Shown: in pieces, positions 49,801-59,500 of the stretch
Position numbering within the stretch: position 1 is the stretch's first letter
Layout: every line of letters begins with the position of its first letter
Assembly: GCA_018654845.1 (NCBI GenBank)
Contig: JABIKU010000002.1
Coordinates: 13,729-77,728, forward strand
Source of the DNA: Methanobacteriota archaeon
GTDB lineage: Archaea > Thermoplasmatota > Poseidoniia > Poseidoniales > Thalassarchaeaceae
DNA length: 64,000 nt
Direction of reading: 5' to 3'
Position numbers and translations under genes: made by a program
The notes under the pieces: model-generated
Database searches by the model: none
Seen by the model: the letters and a program-made list of their open reading frames with translations, nothing else
Told to the model about the DNA's origin: nothing

Positions 49801-50851
49801 TTCTCTCAATTCTAAAGACCACCTTCTTGCCACATGCGATTTCGTAGATGAATTACTGGTTCGATTCTATGGGATGGCTCCGTTTTACAAGGCCGGATCC
49901 TTAGCAGATTTAGTTGGACAATTAGCAATCGGCCTCGCACCTCACACCAGCGGAGGAGTTCTTTGCCGAATCATTGGCTGGACCTCGTCCTCCGCAGGTT
50001 ATGCTCACCCCCTCTTCCACGCCGCAAAGCGACGAAATTGTGATGGTGATGAAGATAGTATTCTGATGTTACTCGATGGTTTGCTAAATTTTTCAAAACA
50101 AATTCTGCCATCAGGGCGCGGGGGCAGAATGGATGCGCCACTAGTTTTGACAACACGACTTAATCCAGCTGAAATTGATAAAGAAGCCTTGAATGTAGAT
50201 TGTTCTTATGGCTATTCACGAGCCTTTTATGAAGCAACTTTGGCGCAACCACACCCAAATGAATTACTCAAATTGGTCGAGACGGTAAACGATCGCCTTG
50301 GAACGATTGGTGATGTTCGTGGATATGGATGGACTCACGAATCTGGAGCGCTCGATGCTGGACCTGAAAACTCTTCATACAAAACTTTGGTTTCAATGGA
50401 AGATAAAATGCATGGGCAACTCGCCATCGGTCGACTACTGAGATCGGTTAGAGTGGAAAGAGTTGCTTCGCAAGTTATTGAATCTCACTTCCTGCCTGAC
50501 CTGCGAGGTAATCTCGTCGCATTCACCCGCCAAAAAACTCGCTGCGTGAAATGCGGGCATTCGTATCGACGAATCCCGCTGGCGGGTTCATGCATCCAAG
50601 AACAAAAGGGCGGTATCGTTGGAGGATTGACTGCTAGAAGAGAAGAAGAAACTACTCGATGTGGGGGCAATGTTGTTCTGACAGTTTCCGAAGGTGCAGT
50701 TCGAAAATACATCAAGGTAACAAATAGTATTATCGAAAATTATGGCGTCGACCTCTATACAAAACAACGAGTCCAATGGCTTACTGATAGCGCTGATTCC
50801 CTATTCGGTAACGATCGAGTGACCGTAATGACTCTCAACGATTTTTTGTGA
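46871..50851 (+). CDS. polC: DNA polymerase II (PolD) large subunit DP2
   Basis: GPIRAAGGTAQA, GGFRLRYGRSR, ERPGKA, GARMGRPEK, HAAKRRNCDGDED, GGRMDAPLVL; C-terminal PIP-like TLNDFL. Confidence 0.97.
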   Translation: MSNNGADLLAIDSERLKAEYAAYETWLERRTEEVYQLASEAKSKGLDFENFVEIPRASDLASRTEKLLETYLDGMKIEDDLRALLLTTDRESASIQIAIDVSKKMHEDTGDLQKSIDCGLRVGLAVLTEAVLVAPLDGIGDVRILNNADGSEFLSIDFCGPIRAAGGTAQALGVLIGDSIRRELGVSRYIPTTPEVERVKEEFGLYRSGLQYKPPPEEIEVIVRACPVMVNGEETERIECSGYKEVRNIENSNGTPRTRIRGGVMLVIGEGLCLKAPKIQKHTERMQIPGWEFIAQFAKKSKSEEITIGAFKPRKIPTISRFMDDIIAGRPVFGEPGQPGGFRLRYGRSRATGLAAAGIHPTTMEAMGGFLSVGTQMKIERPGKACAVTPCTDLEGPTVLLNDGTFRRIESITDWRKNKPNVLTIWDSGEILIGYGEFLENNKNLVPSPYNRDWWSVDLAERLDMPQKVEDFASLLDFDRSELPLGLPFNGAIKRSGEDPVERVWRKRNWSHYLRDLELSWEQIKEISITHGTAIPPPWNLWWSDLPISFCSSLIDNISKSIIEENSLRFIGAASEWSSDLDLEDIGLPDPTTSEWPLWTQVKNHGIVKSSLMTLGISHHHDGEDIVIESGWEGLLEGFGFNIVNGSARVRVEAAPHIEYRLQQIRGATNIIEQEELRLKELESRRDVERIAATTTARQVGKSISETEQIGDAAAAKITDEGPDDDAALLQSRKILDDHEVDRCLWLVRKLSTLRWEDAVPVRIGARMGRPEKAARREMKPLTHALYPIGENGGPQRLMGKAAEKGRIRVELCRRYCSKCGQESPNLNCHHRPDPEIPKECGGKTAERERKPGAMIRRRRGRNSWVHLDRLLEVKRRTLGLDRLPQKIKSVKVLTSESQTPEPIEKGILRGKHQLSVFRDGTARYDMIDVPVTHFRPSEIRTSWRELKDLGYTTDVKGNELISDEQILELFPQDIIPSLNSKDHLLATCDFVDELLVRFYGMAPFYKAGSLADLVGQLAIGLAPHTSGGVLCRIIGWTSSSAGYAHPLFHAAKRRNCDGDEDSILMLLDGLLNFSKQILPSGRGGRMDAPLVLTTRLNPAEIDKEALNVDCSYGYSRAFYEATLAQPHPNELLKLVETVNDRLGTIGDVRGYGWTHESGALDAGPENSSYKTLVSMEDKMHGQLAIGRLLRSVRVERVASQVIESHFLPDLRGNLVAFTRQKTRCVKCGHSYRRIPLAGSCIQEQKGGIVGGLTARREEETTRCGGNVVLTVSEGAVRKYIKVTNSIIENYGVDLYTKQRVQWLTDSADSLFGNDRVTVMTLNDFL

Positions 50852-50852
50852 C

Positions 50853-51608
50853 TCAATAATCGACTCCGAGGGTTCGAATTATCCTATCCATCCATTGTAA
50901 TTTGACTAATTTACGCTCGGGGTCGGTCGCACCTGACCATTTCCCAACAATATCGCTGCGAGTACCTAGCATCTTTATTCGCTCTGCATCCAAACCGAGA
51001 GCGATAAGAAAACATACTGCACGATCACCGTCTGTAAAGCCACCAGGATTGTGCATTCCAGCGATTTGATTTGGGGTTTGATGAGTCAAAACTAATGGCG
51101 AAGGGTTTGCAGTATTTTCAGCCGATTTCAATAAGCTACGCCACGATTTTTCATTATCACCATGGCTGTGAAGAATGAATGGCACACCTCTTTTCACAGC
51201 AGCAAGTGTACCTGAGCCACCGTCTCCATCACTGACAACACAAACTAGGCGCGACCATGCGCGGTCTGCTATGGTTTCAGGTAAATCTTGCAACACCCCA
51301 ACCGCCCCGTCAGCACCTACTAACAAAGTGGGCTTGTCAAGAATTGAGATTACTTCTGATACTTCGACGGCAGCACCGAGAACTGCTACATTTACCTCAC
51401 GCAATACCAATCGGCGGCGTAAATCTGCAATCGTCGCCGCTCGACGATGTCGAGTCCAAGATTCTACTGAAGATTCTTCAACCACTCGAAGCAAAGATTC
51501 TGCACTCTCGACATCGGCAGATAATTTCCAACCGAAATGAGAACGAACCTCATCTTGTAATTCGATTAAAGAATAATCGAGCGCAGTTAGATCGGTTGGG
51601 TGAGACAT
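50853..51608 (-). CDS. 6-hydroxymethyl-7,8-dihydropterin pyrophosphokinase MptE-like (DUF115)
   Basis: ADGA, VSDGDG, HSHGDN, NPGGFTDGDRA, KLVKL; start moved to ATG 51608 to remove overlap with priL. Confidence 0.8.
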   Translation of the reverse strand: MSHPTDLTALDYSLIELQDEVRSHFGWKLSADVESAESLLRVVEESSVESWTRHRRAATIADLRRRLVLREVNVAVLGAAVEVSEVISILDKPTLLVGADGAVGVLQDLPETIADRAWSRLVCVVSDGDGGSGTLAAVKRGVPFILHSHGDNEKSWRSLLKSAENTANPSPLVLTHQTPNQIAGMHNPGGFTDGDRAVCFLIALGLDAERIKMLGTRSDIVGKWSGATDPERKLVKLQWMDRIIRTLGVDY

Positions 51609-51673
51609 TCGGAAGATCTCCAGTAGAAGCAGACGGTGAGTATTGAAGAACCCTCGTCGCCTATGGTGTTGAT

Positions 51674-52849
51674 ATGCCGATGCCGCTGATGATGCCGAGC
51701 ATCGATGATGAAGGATTATTGTCGCGTTATCCATTTCTACCTCAAGGGAAGGAGCACCTCAAGCATGTTCTCAAATCTAATGGAATTACAGTTAAGGAAT
51801 TAATCGATGCCCCCTGGTTAGAAGACGTTCGCGCTCGTGGAAGGCTTCGCTTGATGGAAGCTGTAGTTCACAAAGATGGGATCGATGCAGCAACAACCGT
51901 CGACCTGTCTAGCGATATCGGGAAGATGACTGAATCTCTTTCTTTTCTCTATGCCATGCTAATCGTTTGTGCTTCTTTCAATGACCGTCTTCTCAACCGA
52001 TGGATTGAGGGTGAAGCGAGCCGAGCTGATCAGTTATTCGGGATGGATGGTGAAAATTTTCTCAACCTCGCTCGATGTTATATTTCTGATATTCGCGAAG
52101 TTGTGGGCCAAGCACGCGATGACCCAACATATTGGATTCCAATGAATGATTTTATCGAACTTTGCCCACGAATCTCCGGTCATTATTGGCGATTGATAAA
52201 TCGCCCGGTAAAAGAAGGATGGGTCTGCATGGATTCAGGTGTTGGAGAAACTAGTAGACAGCGTACTGCGAGGCTATTAAAAGAGAGAATTCGAGAAGAT
52301 TTGACAAACACCTGTGTGGAGAGGATGAGTAGAATCGATGAAGAATTTGCTAGTTTATTCATCGAGCCAATCGAGCGTGTCAGCAAACTTCTGGAAACTC
52401 AGGTGCAAGATGAAATGCCAATGACTGCTGCTATTCGTGAAGATTGGCCGCCTTGTTTTGAGTCTGCGGTTGCCGAATTAAATCAGGGAATTAACGTAAA
52501 TCACACCGGGCGTGTTTTCTTAGCTGCAATGTGTTCAAAAATGGAAATTCCTCAAGAACAGGCTTGCTCATTTTTCGCAAATGCGCCCGATTATAATGCA
52601 GACACAACATCTTACCAAATCAACCAAGTTTACGAGCGAGAATACACCCCTCATGGATGTTCAGCTCTGAAAACAGCAGCTCGATGTCCAGTTTCTGCAG
52701 GTGATGATTATCTCTGTGACCAAGAATGGATGAAACACCCTTTGATCTATTTGAGGGCTAAGCAACGACGACGATATCAAGAGGACCGTTATCAAGATGA
52801 GGCCCAACAATCCGAGCCAGATACAACCAAACAAGACAATTCTTCATAG
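51674..52849 (+). CDS. priL: DNA primase large subunit
   Basis: RYPFL, WRLINRPVKEGWV, WPPC, HTGR, APDYN...TSYQ, YTPHGC..C..C, HPL. Confidence 0.92.
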   Translation: MPMPLMMPSIDDEGLLSRYPFLPQGKEHLKHVLKSNGITVKELIDAPWLEDVRARGRLRLMEAVVHKDGIDAATTVDLSSDIGKMTESLSFLYAMLIVCASFNDRLLNRWIEGEASRADQLFGMDGENFLNLARCYISDIREVVGQARDDPTYWIPMNDFIELCPRISGHYWRLINRPVKEGWVCMDSGVGETSRQRTARLLKERIREDLTNTCVERMSRIDEEFASLFIEPIERVSKLLETQVQDEMPMTAAIREDWPPCFESAVAELNQGINVNHTGRVFLAAMCSKMEIPQEQACSFFANAPDYNADTTSYQINQVYEREYTPHGCSALKTAARCPVSAGDDYLCDQEWMKHPLIYLRAKQRRRYQEDRYQDEAQQSEPDTTKQDNSS

Positions 52850-52889
52850 GGAACCTAATCGACAGGCGCTTTGCTAAGGAGGGGTCAAG

Positions 52890-54011
52890 ATGGTACGCTC
52901 ACTTGTTTTGACTGTAGACCGAGACAATGATCTCGGGGTCAAAGCAGGAATTCGCGGCCCAGTAATCGGGCGCAAAGCAACCTTGACCGCGGCACTTCGC
53001 CTAGGGATTGCCGACCCAGAAGAATCTGACACAAACGCGATTCTTGGTGCGCTTCATCATCATGATCGGCTCGTCGAGAATGCCGATGTACACGATGAAG
53101 TCGAAATTGCATTACTGACTGGTGATGTTCGAGTCGGTCCGCGAAGTGACCGGGCGATAGCGAGTCAACTCGACGAAGTCATTCAAGAATTTCAACCGGA
53201 TGTTGCAATCCTCGTTACCGATGGAGCTGATGATGAAGCTTCTATGCCAATAATTACGTCTAGAGTTCGAGTTGAACATGTTGAAAAAATCATCGTTCGG
53301 CAATCAAAAGGTATCGAATCAACATATTATTACATCGCTAAAGCAATCGAAGATCCACGTTGGCGAGCAAAACTTCTCGTACCAATTTCAGTCTTTTTAA
53401 TGATAATTGGCCTTGGATTAATTATCCCAAATGGCGGTGTTTTAATTGGTGCAATGCCACTTATTGTTGGAATATGGATGTTTGCAAAAGGCCTAGGATG
53501 GGAGGAACAACTTGAACGATTAATGCTCGATTTACGCGAGAGTGCGACTGGGGGGATATTTTCTTCGATGCTATGGGCAATATCGATTTTCTCGATAATA
53601 TTAGGATTTGTCACCGCATATCAAGTATTCACCAATATGGAGTATGTCGAATATTCAAATTTGCGAATTTGGACAGTAGCTATCGATGAAGCACTACAAT
53701 GGATTGTTGTATCGACCTTCGCATTCACACTCTCTATAGGCGTCCTCAGGTGGACTGAAGGGAGTTTTACCGGCCGTTCCATCCTACTGATCGGTTTCGG
53801 AACAGTTGTCTATACGATTGCGGAAGCAACCCTCGATGTAATTCGAATCGGTTTGAGTGGGGCAATTTATATTTTGGATTTCGAAACAGTATCGAATGAT
53901 TGGGGCTTACCTCTTTTCACCATCGCATTGTATTATCTATTGAGGACTATTATTGAATCGATAGCAAAAGAAGATGAAACCGGCCCGACCAATAAATTTT
54001 GGGGAGTATGA
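52890..54011 (+). CDS. DUF373 family archaeal membrane protein
   Basis: LVLTVDRDNDLG, DPEESDTN, DGADDE, VRQSKGIESTYY. Confidence 0.88.
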   Translation: MVRSLVLTVDRDNDLGVKAGIRGPVIGRKATLTAALRLGIADPEESDTNAILGALHHHDRLVENADVHDEVEIALLTGDVRVGPRSDRAIASQLDEVIQEFQPDVAILVTDGADDEASMPIITSRVRVEHVEKIIVRQSKGIESTYYYIAKAIEDPRWRAKLLVPISVFLMIIGLGLIIPNGGVLIGAMPLIVGIWMFAKGLGWEEQLERLMLDLRESATGGIFSSMLWAISIFSIILGFVTAYQVFTNMEYVEYSNLRIWTVAIDEALQWIVVSTFAFTLSIGVLRWTEGSFTGRSILLIGFGTVVYTIAEATLDVIRIGLSGAIYILDFETVSNDWGLPLFTIALYYLLRTIIESIAKEDETGPTNKFWGV

Positions 54012-54021
54012 GAAATTCCCC

Positions 54022-54432
54022 TCATTTTTCGAATGTTGTATCCATCATACAAGATGGGCAGGTTATTCGTATCGGCCTAGTTGGTGGAATTCCAAGAGCG
54101 GCTTTACAATGTGGGCACATTATTGCTTGCTTAGCATTCGATTGCCGCTCAGTTGCCTCTTTACTAGGGTCATAAGTAAACCTGTATCTGTGGGCTTCAT
54201 CAAGAAATTTCGGTGCACCTTCAACAGGTTCTTCTGCTGATTCAAATTGAGGTTCTTTAGACGGTACCCCAGCTGCTGCAGTGAAATCTTGAGGAGGGTC
54301 TGGTGTAAATCCATCACTGCTGAATGCCTCGACTTCTTTTTCGACTTGAGCTGACGTAATGCCTAATTCACGAGCGACTCGTTCGATTGTGAGCATACGT
54401 TCGTAATCATCCATTCCGATGAATTGCTGCAA
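54022..54432 (-). CDS. Hypothetical protein with a C-terminal Zn-ribbon
   Basis: CPHC...CPSC; start uncertain. Confidence 0.6.
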   Translation of the reverse strand: MQQFIGMDDYERMLTIERVARELGITSAQVEKEVEAFSSDGFTPDPPQDFTAAAGVPSKEPQFESAEEPVEGAPKFLDEAHRYRFTYDPSKEATERQSNAKQAIMCPHCKAALGIPPTRPIRITCPSCMMDTTFEK

Positions 54433-54562
54433 TATTGTTGCTGGTATCGATGTAATGGCAATTCCCCCTCTATCTGACGGCAGTATTCACCCCCTAAGAA
54501 GTACAGCCGTTCTCGTTTGTTATCCAGTATCCTTTAGAGCGGTCAATTTCAATTCCTAACTA

Positions 54563-55786
54563 ATGTTCCCCGAGTGCATCGACTGTAGAGGTATTCGAGG
54601 AGAGTGTGGCATCTCTCCATGCCCCTTGCTCGCTGAAGTGCGTTCTCAATTACCGAAGACACAAACCAGTTCCTTCGATGAAATGGTTGGACCAAGTCCG
54701 CCTTCACTTTTTGTTGGTAGGTATGGCTATCCAGATGTGCGAGCCGGGCCCAGTGCGGCCTGGCTGGCAGATGATTCAAACTCACAATTAATTTCGAGTG
54801 GAGATCCTGCTGATTTATTCGGCGCACCGCTCGAAGAAGTTGCTGTCCGCCATGCAAATATCATCACTGGTGGACAACGAATGAAAGTTCAGAGCGCAAT
54901 TGCTCCGGAAAAAATTCTTGAGGCAACTCAAGAAATCGCTTTATCATCGAAATCGGTCGATATTGAATTGGATTTCACAAGACCAATCATAGTTGGTTCA
55001 ACCCCTACTTTTGATAGTATGAGCACCCCCCTAGGCCCGACTGGAGAAATATTACGAGTTGAGGTCATTGGCAATGCAAGCATTCCAAGAAAAGTTGATT
55101 CCATCTCAGGTGAAACCGATTTGTTGGCTACTGATGCAATCGATGAATTACAACGCTCTTCAATTGGTGAATCACACATTTCTCGACTTCTCTCGACAGG
55201 GATTCTAGGCAAGAAAGAAAATCGACGATTAGTACCTACGAGATGGAGCATTACCGCTACAGATGATTCGATGGGAAAGCATCTTTGGAAGAAGGTGCGT
55301 GATTATCGAACAATCGACAAAATTTTTGTCTATGAAGCAACTTATCTAGATAATAAATTTCACATCATCCTGACCCCAGGCCTGTGGGCATTTCAGATGT
55401 TAGAAGCATGGATGAGGGGCTCGCTGTGGAGTGAAGGTGGCAAAGTTCTCGGAGATTGGGAGGAACTGAAACCGAGGACCAAATATGCCAGTCGAGTAAC
55501 CGGGGCTTACTATGCTGCTCGTCTTGGAGTTCTAGAGCACCTTGAATCTATTCAGCGATCTGCTGCATGTTTAATTTGGCGCGATATAGGCGCAGGATAT
55601 TGGGCACCCGTAGGAGTCTGGTTGATTCGAGAAACCGTTCGTGAAGCGATGAAACAGACTCCGAAACAATTCGACTCATTATCGCAAGCTATCAACTATG
55701 TTGGTCCTAGAATCTCTGTTCAAGAGGATTTGCGAAATTCTTGGTTCGTTAAACGTGAAGCACAGACTAGATTAGATTCATTTTGA
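54563..55786 (+). CDS. Nre family DNA repair protein (NreA-like)
   Basis: N-terminal C4 motif, SPPSLFVGRYGYP, RRLVPTRWSITATDD, GAYYAARL, PVGVWLIRE; C-terminal PIP box QTRLDSF. Confidence 0.9.
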   Translation: MFPECIDCRGIRGECGISPCPLLAEVRSQLPKTQTSSFDEMVGPSPPSLFVGRYGYPDVRAGPSAAWLADDSNSQLISSGDPADLFGAPLEEVAVRHANIITGGQRMKVQSAIAPEKILEATQEIALSSKSVDIELDFTRPIIVGSTPTFDSMSTPLGPTGEILRVEVIGNASIPRKVDSISGETDLLATDAIDELQRSSIGESHISRLLSTGILGKKENRRLVPTRWSITATDDSMGKHLWKKVRDYRTIDKIFVYEATYLDNKFHIILTPGLWAFQMLEAWMRGSLWSEGGKVLGDWEELKPRTKYASRVTGAYYAARLGVLEHLESIQRSAACLIWRDIGAGYWAPVGVWLIRETVREAMKQTPKQFDSLSQAINYVGPRISVQEDLRNSWFVKREAQTRLDSF

Positions 55787-56422
55787 GCGTTTTAAGAAAC
55801 CGCCAACAATCTCGCTTTCGGCTTTGACAAGTTGCTCAGCAACAGAGGATTTCGATAATCCCAACTTCGTTGCAAGGTCACGAATTGAGATCTTCTTCGG
55901 AACTTCATACCAACCACTATCATGAGCGACTTTGATGATGCGATGCTGCTGTAAAGTCGGGCCTCGAACAACCAAACCCTCCATACCTTTTGCCGCCGTC
56001 ACACGCTCAACAGGCATTTCACCCCTTACTGAATTAAGGAATGAAATCATTGATGATTGACGGCCGGAAAGTTGTAAAATTAGTCCAGAAGAAGTAAGGT
56101 TTGTACCAGCTAGTAAACACAAATCGTTGCCGATAAAATGCTGACCAATTAATTCGGCTGCAAACTCTAATACCATCAAATGATGAGTTAAATAATCAGA
56201 ATTCCATTCTTCAAGAATTTCGATTACACGGACCCCTCCTATTTCGAATCCAGGAACAGGACATTTCGAATCAGTCGTTATGCATTCAACCATCATTCGT
56301 AAATTTCCGTCGAAAACACCAAGAATTCCACGAAAATCCCAACTGACCGATTCAAGAGCCTTTCGAATACGTAAATCATGCTCGATAGAGGGCAGGGCGC
56401 ACTCAACTCGAACAGCTCTCAT
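55778..56422 (-). CDS. HTH-10 (bacterio-opsin activator-type HTH) transcription regulator
   Basis: TLQQHRIIKVAHDSGWYEVPKKISIRDLATKLGLSKSSVAEQLVKAE. Confidence 0.85.
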   Translation of the reverse strand: MRAVRVECALPSIEHDLRIRKALESVSWDFRGILGVFDGNLRMMVECITTDSKCPVPGFEIGGVRVIEILEEWNSDYLTHHLMVLEFAAELIGQHFIGNDLCLLAGTNLTSSGLILQLSGRQSSMISFLNSVRGEMPVERVTAAKGMEGLVVRGPTLQQHRIIKVAHDSGWYEVPKKISIRDLATKLGLSKSSVAEQLVKAESEIVGGFLKRSK

Positions 56423-56531
56423 CGCAGACTTCCTCGTCCCTGAGTTCCACCATCAGGTTATCAAAACAACTCTTTTTTGTTCAATTTTTCTTAGTTTCAA
56501 CAATTATTGGAATTATTACTCCAAATTTAGT

Positions 56532-59500
56532 TCAAATTTCACCATCTCTAACAAGCTCTTCGTTTTCGAGAATTGCCCGTGCAACTTCAGGAGAATAACC
56601 GATATCTGTCAGATCTTCGACCGTCTTTTCAACCGGTTGCCGCTCAATGTCCCAATCATCGTTCATAATCGATTCGACCCTAGCAGTGTGGTCTTGGGCT
56701 CCACGAGCAACTGGTCGCTTCCTTTGGACCAAGACGAGTGCTGCAAGTAAGATTACAGTCATGGAAACAATTCCCGCGGTGATTACAGAGTTGGAGGTGA
56801 GCAATTGAATCATACTCATCTGAACATTCGTATCTTCGGTTGCATCCATACAACCATCTCGATCCATATCGTTCTTTTTATTTGAGTTCCAATTAGTTAT
56901 TCCAGTCGGGCACTTATCTCTTGAATCAGGAATTCCATCCCCGTCATCGTCTAGATCTTGGGTTTCATCATCACATCCATCTTGATCTAAATCGCTGAAA
57001 ACATATTCGCCGCCAAGACAGTTATCATTGCCATCGAGGATACCGTCGCCATCATCATCTGCATCTTCGGTCAAATCATGGCAACCGTCGCGATCAGCAT
57101 CATCTGTAATGGTTGAAATCCAACCAGAAGTTGGGTTTTGTTCACAATTATCAATCGAAGATTCAATCCCATCATTGTCCAAATCTGTGTCTTCAATGAA
57201 ATCATAACATCCATCATTATCCAAATCTGTGGTATCATCTGGATTCATCACACTGCGCTGGCATTGGTCCATAGAATCTGCAAATCCATCATTATCATCG
57301 TCAGAATCTTCGCTAGCATCATTGCATCCATCAACATCCCAATCATTGAGAGTTGTAGAGGTCCAATCCGACATACCCATCGAACAATCATCATCAACAT
57401 CTAGAATACCATCATTATCGCGGTCATCGTCTTCAACCGAGTCTAAACAACCATCTCCATCTTGGTCACTCGCTGCATCTGATAACCATAGGATAACTCC
57501 GTGCGGGCAACTATCATCTACATCTAGGACGCCGTCATTATCATCGTCCTCATCATCGAAAACATCGTGGCAACCATCGCCATCATGATCGAAGAAGAGA
57601 TCTGTCCACCAAGTTGCACCATCTGAACAATCATCATCCAAATCAAGATATGGATCGTTGTCATCATTATCATCTTCGTCACCATCTCGGCAACCATCAC
57701 CATCATGGTCAACAGAAAATTCGCCCCAATATTGAGCGCCGTTCGGGCAAAGATCAAACTCGTTCAGAACGCCATCGCCATCTGTGTCATAATCTTCCAG
57801 AATATCATCGCAACCGTCGTAATCTGCATCGATAATTTCGCCGATTACACCGATTGGACAACCATCTTCTTCATCGTAAATGCCATCATTATCATCATCA
57901 TCATCTTCACTTGAATCGCGGCATCCATCACCATCATGATCTGTGAGTTCTGCTGAAGTCCAACCCGAATCGCCGAATTGGCAATCATCTTCTGCGTCAG
58001 GAATACCGTCATTATCGTCATCATTCCAGTCACCTTCATTGACCAAATCAATTCTAATCAATTTCGAAATAGTCCCTTCTTCCTTCGTTGAAGAAGTTAA
58101 GGTAAGCGTCAACCAGATGATTTGGTCATCATTGACCTGTGCAAGCGTAGGTGCGCGTAGGAATAAATCGAGTTCTGATGTCTGACCCTCGACGAGAGTC
58201 GTCGTGTGTTGGTAAGTTCCAGCGAAACCGGCGTCGACGAACCAGTAATCAGGAACGCCACTAACAGTTATCGAAGCAATATCGGAAGTTCCTGAAATTT
58301 TGATCGCTTCAACCAATAAATCGATATTAATAGACTGAGATGGCTGCAATTCAACGACCTCATCCATTCCTGAAGCGAAGTTGATTCCTACATTCCAGAC
58401 ATTTTCAGACCACATACAAACTTCCCACTGATCCTCTGTAACCGTTTCCGTATCACTACATTCATCGGTCGTCCAAACAATATCCCGGTTCGGCCAATCA
58501 AAGTTAACAATCGGTTGTGAACTGGATTCTAAACTCGAACCAAATATTCCCATTAGATTATTCGCACTTGATGCGATTATTCTCGTGTTGATTACCGCAT
58601 AAGATTCGATTAAACTCTTACCAATTCGAAGAATTCCTTGATCATTAAATTGTGGAACATTAATTCGTGTCCAACGCAATTCGACTCGACTATCTTCATC
58701 TGATTCTCCTTGCATCGATTCAAACCAGGTGATGTGAACCGAACCGTCATTATCGAAATCAACTCGAGGATTGGCTCCAAAGGTCATGTCTGATCCTTGA
58801 ACTGCTGAATCGACGACTACTGCAACCTCTGCGAGATTCAAGCCATTCGCCTCTCCATCCAAAGCTCCTGCACGATCCAAATCTAACTGCATGTAGTGCA
58901 GTTGAGAAGGTGCGCCACGGCTCGGCATCGAATCACGTCCATCAACCCATACAACGTGTACATTTCCATCATCATCTACGTTGACATCAGGGTTGACCGA
59001 CCATCCATGGCCACTCGTTAAACGAGTATCATTGACCAAAACGAAGTGGCCAATCGTGCCCCAGCCGGTGCCATCTTGCCAAACATAATCCACTGCTGGC
59101 CCAATGTCCTCGACATATTGTCCAGAATCATCAATGGTGTGAGCAGACATTCCACTCGTCCAAGTGAAGCGTGGGTTGTTGAGTATAGAATATGGATTCA
59201 AAACAGTTAGGAATGTTTCAGTTGAACCGCTTCCAGAGGTTAGACCGATGATTTCATTGACTAAGGCATTAAGCTCTTGAGTATAATTTGCAATAGGAAC
59301 TACAACATCATCAATCCATGCTGCATCGCTACCAGAACTTAAACTTCCATCCTTAACATAAACCCATTTCAGAGTGTGTTGACCCAAAGAGACTGGAGTA
59401 GAGAAATTGCCGTCTTGTACGCCCGACCATTGTGCGAGTTGTACGCCATCAATGAAGAAGCGAAGGAAATCATAATTTGCTTCAGAAGAAACATTGTAAG

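Noticed and set aside
50010-50060. Intein in PolD DP2
   Set aside because: The usual insertion site HAAKRRN/CDGDED is uninterrupted
51609-51734. Head-to-head overlap of mptE and priL
   Set aside because: Artefact of longest-ORF calling; MptE similarity starts near ATG 51608
56840-58025. DNA-level repeat element
   Set aside because: Similarity is at the protein level (TSP3-like units) with divergent codons
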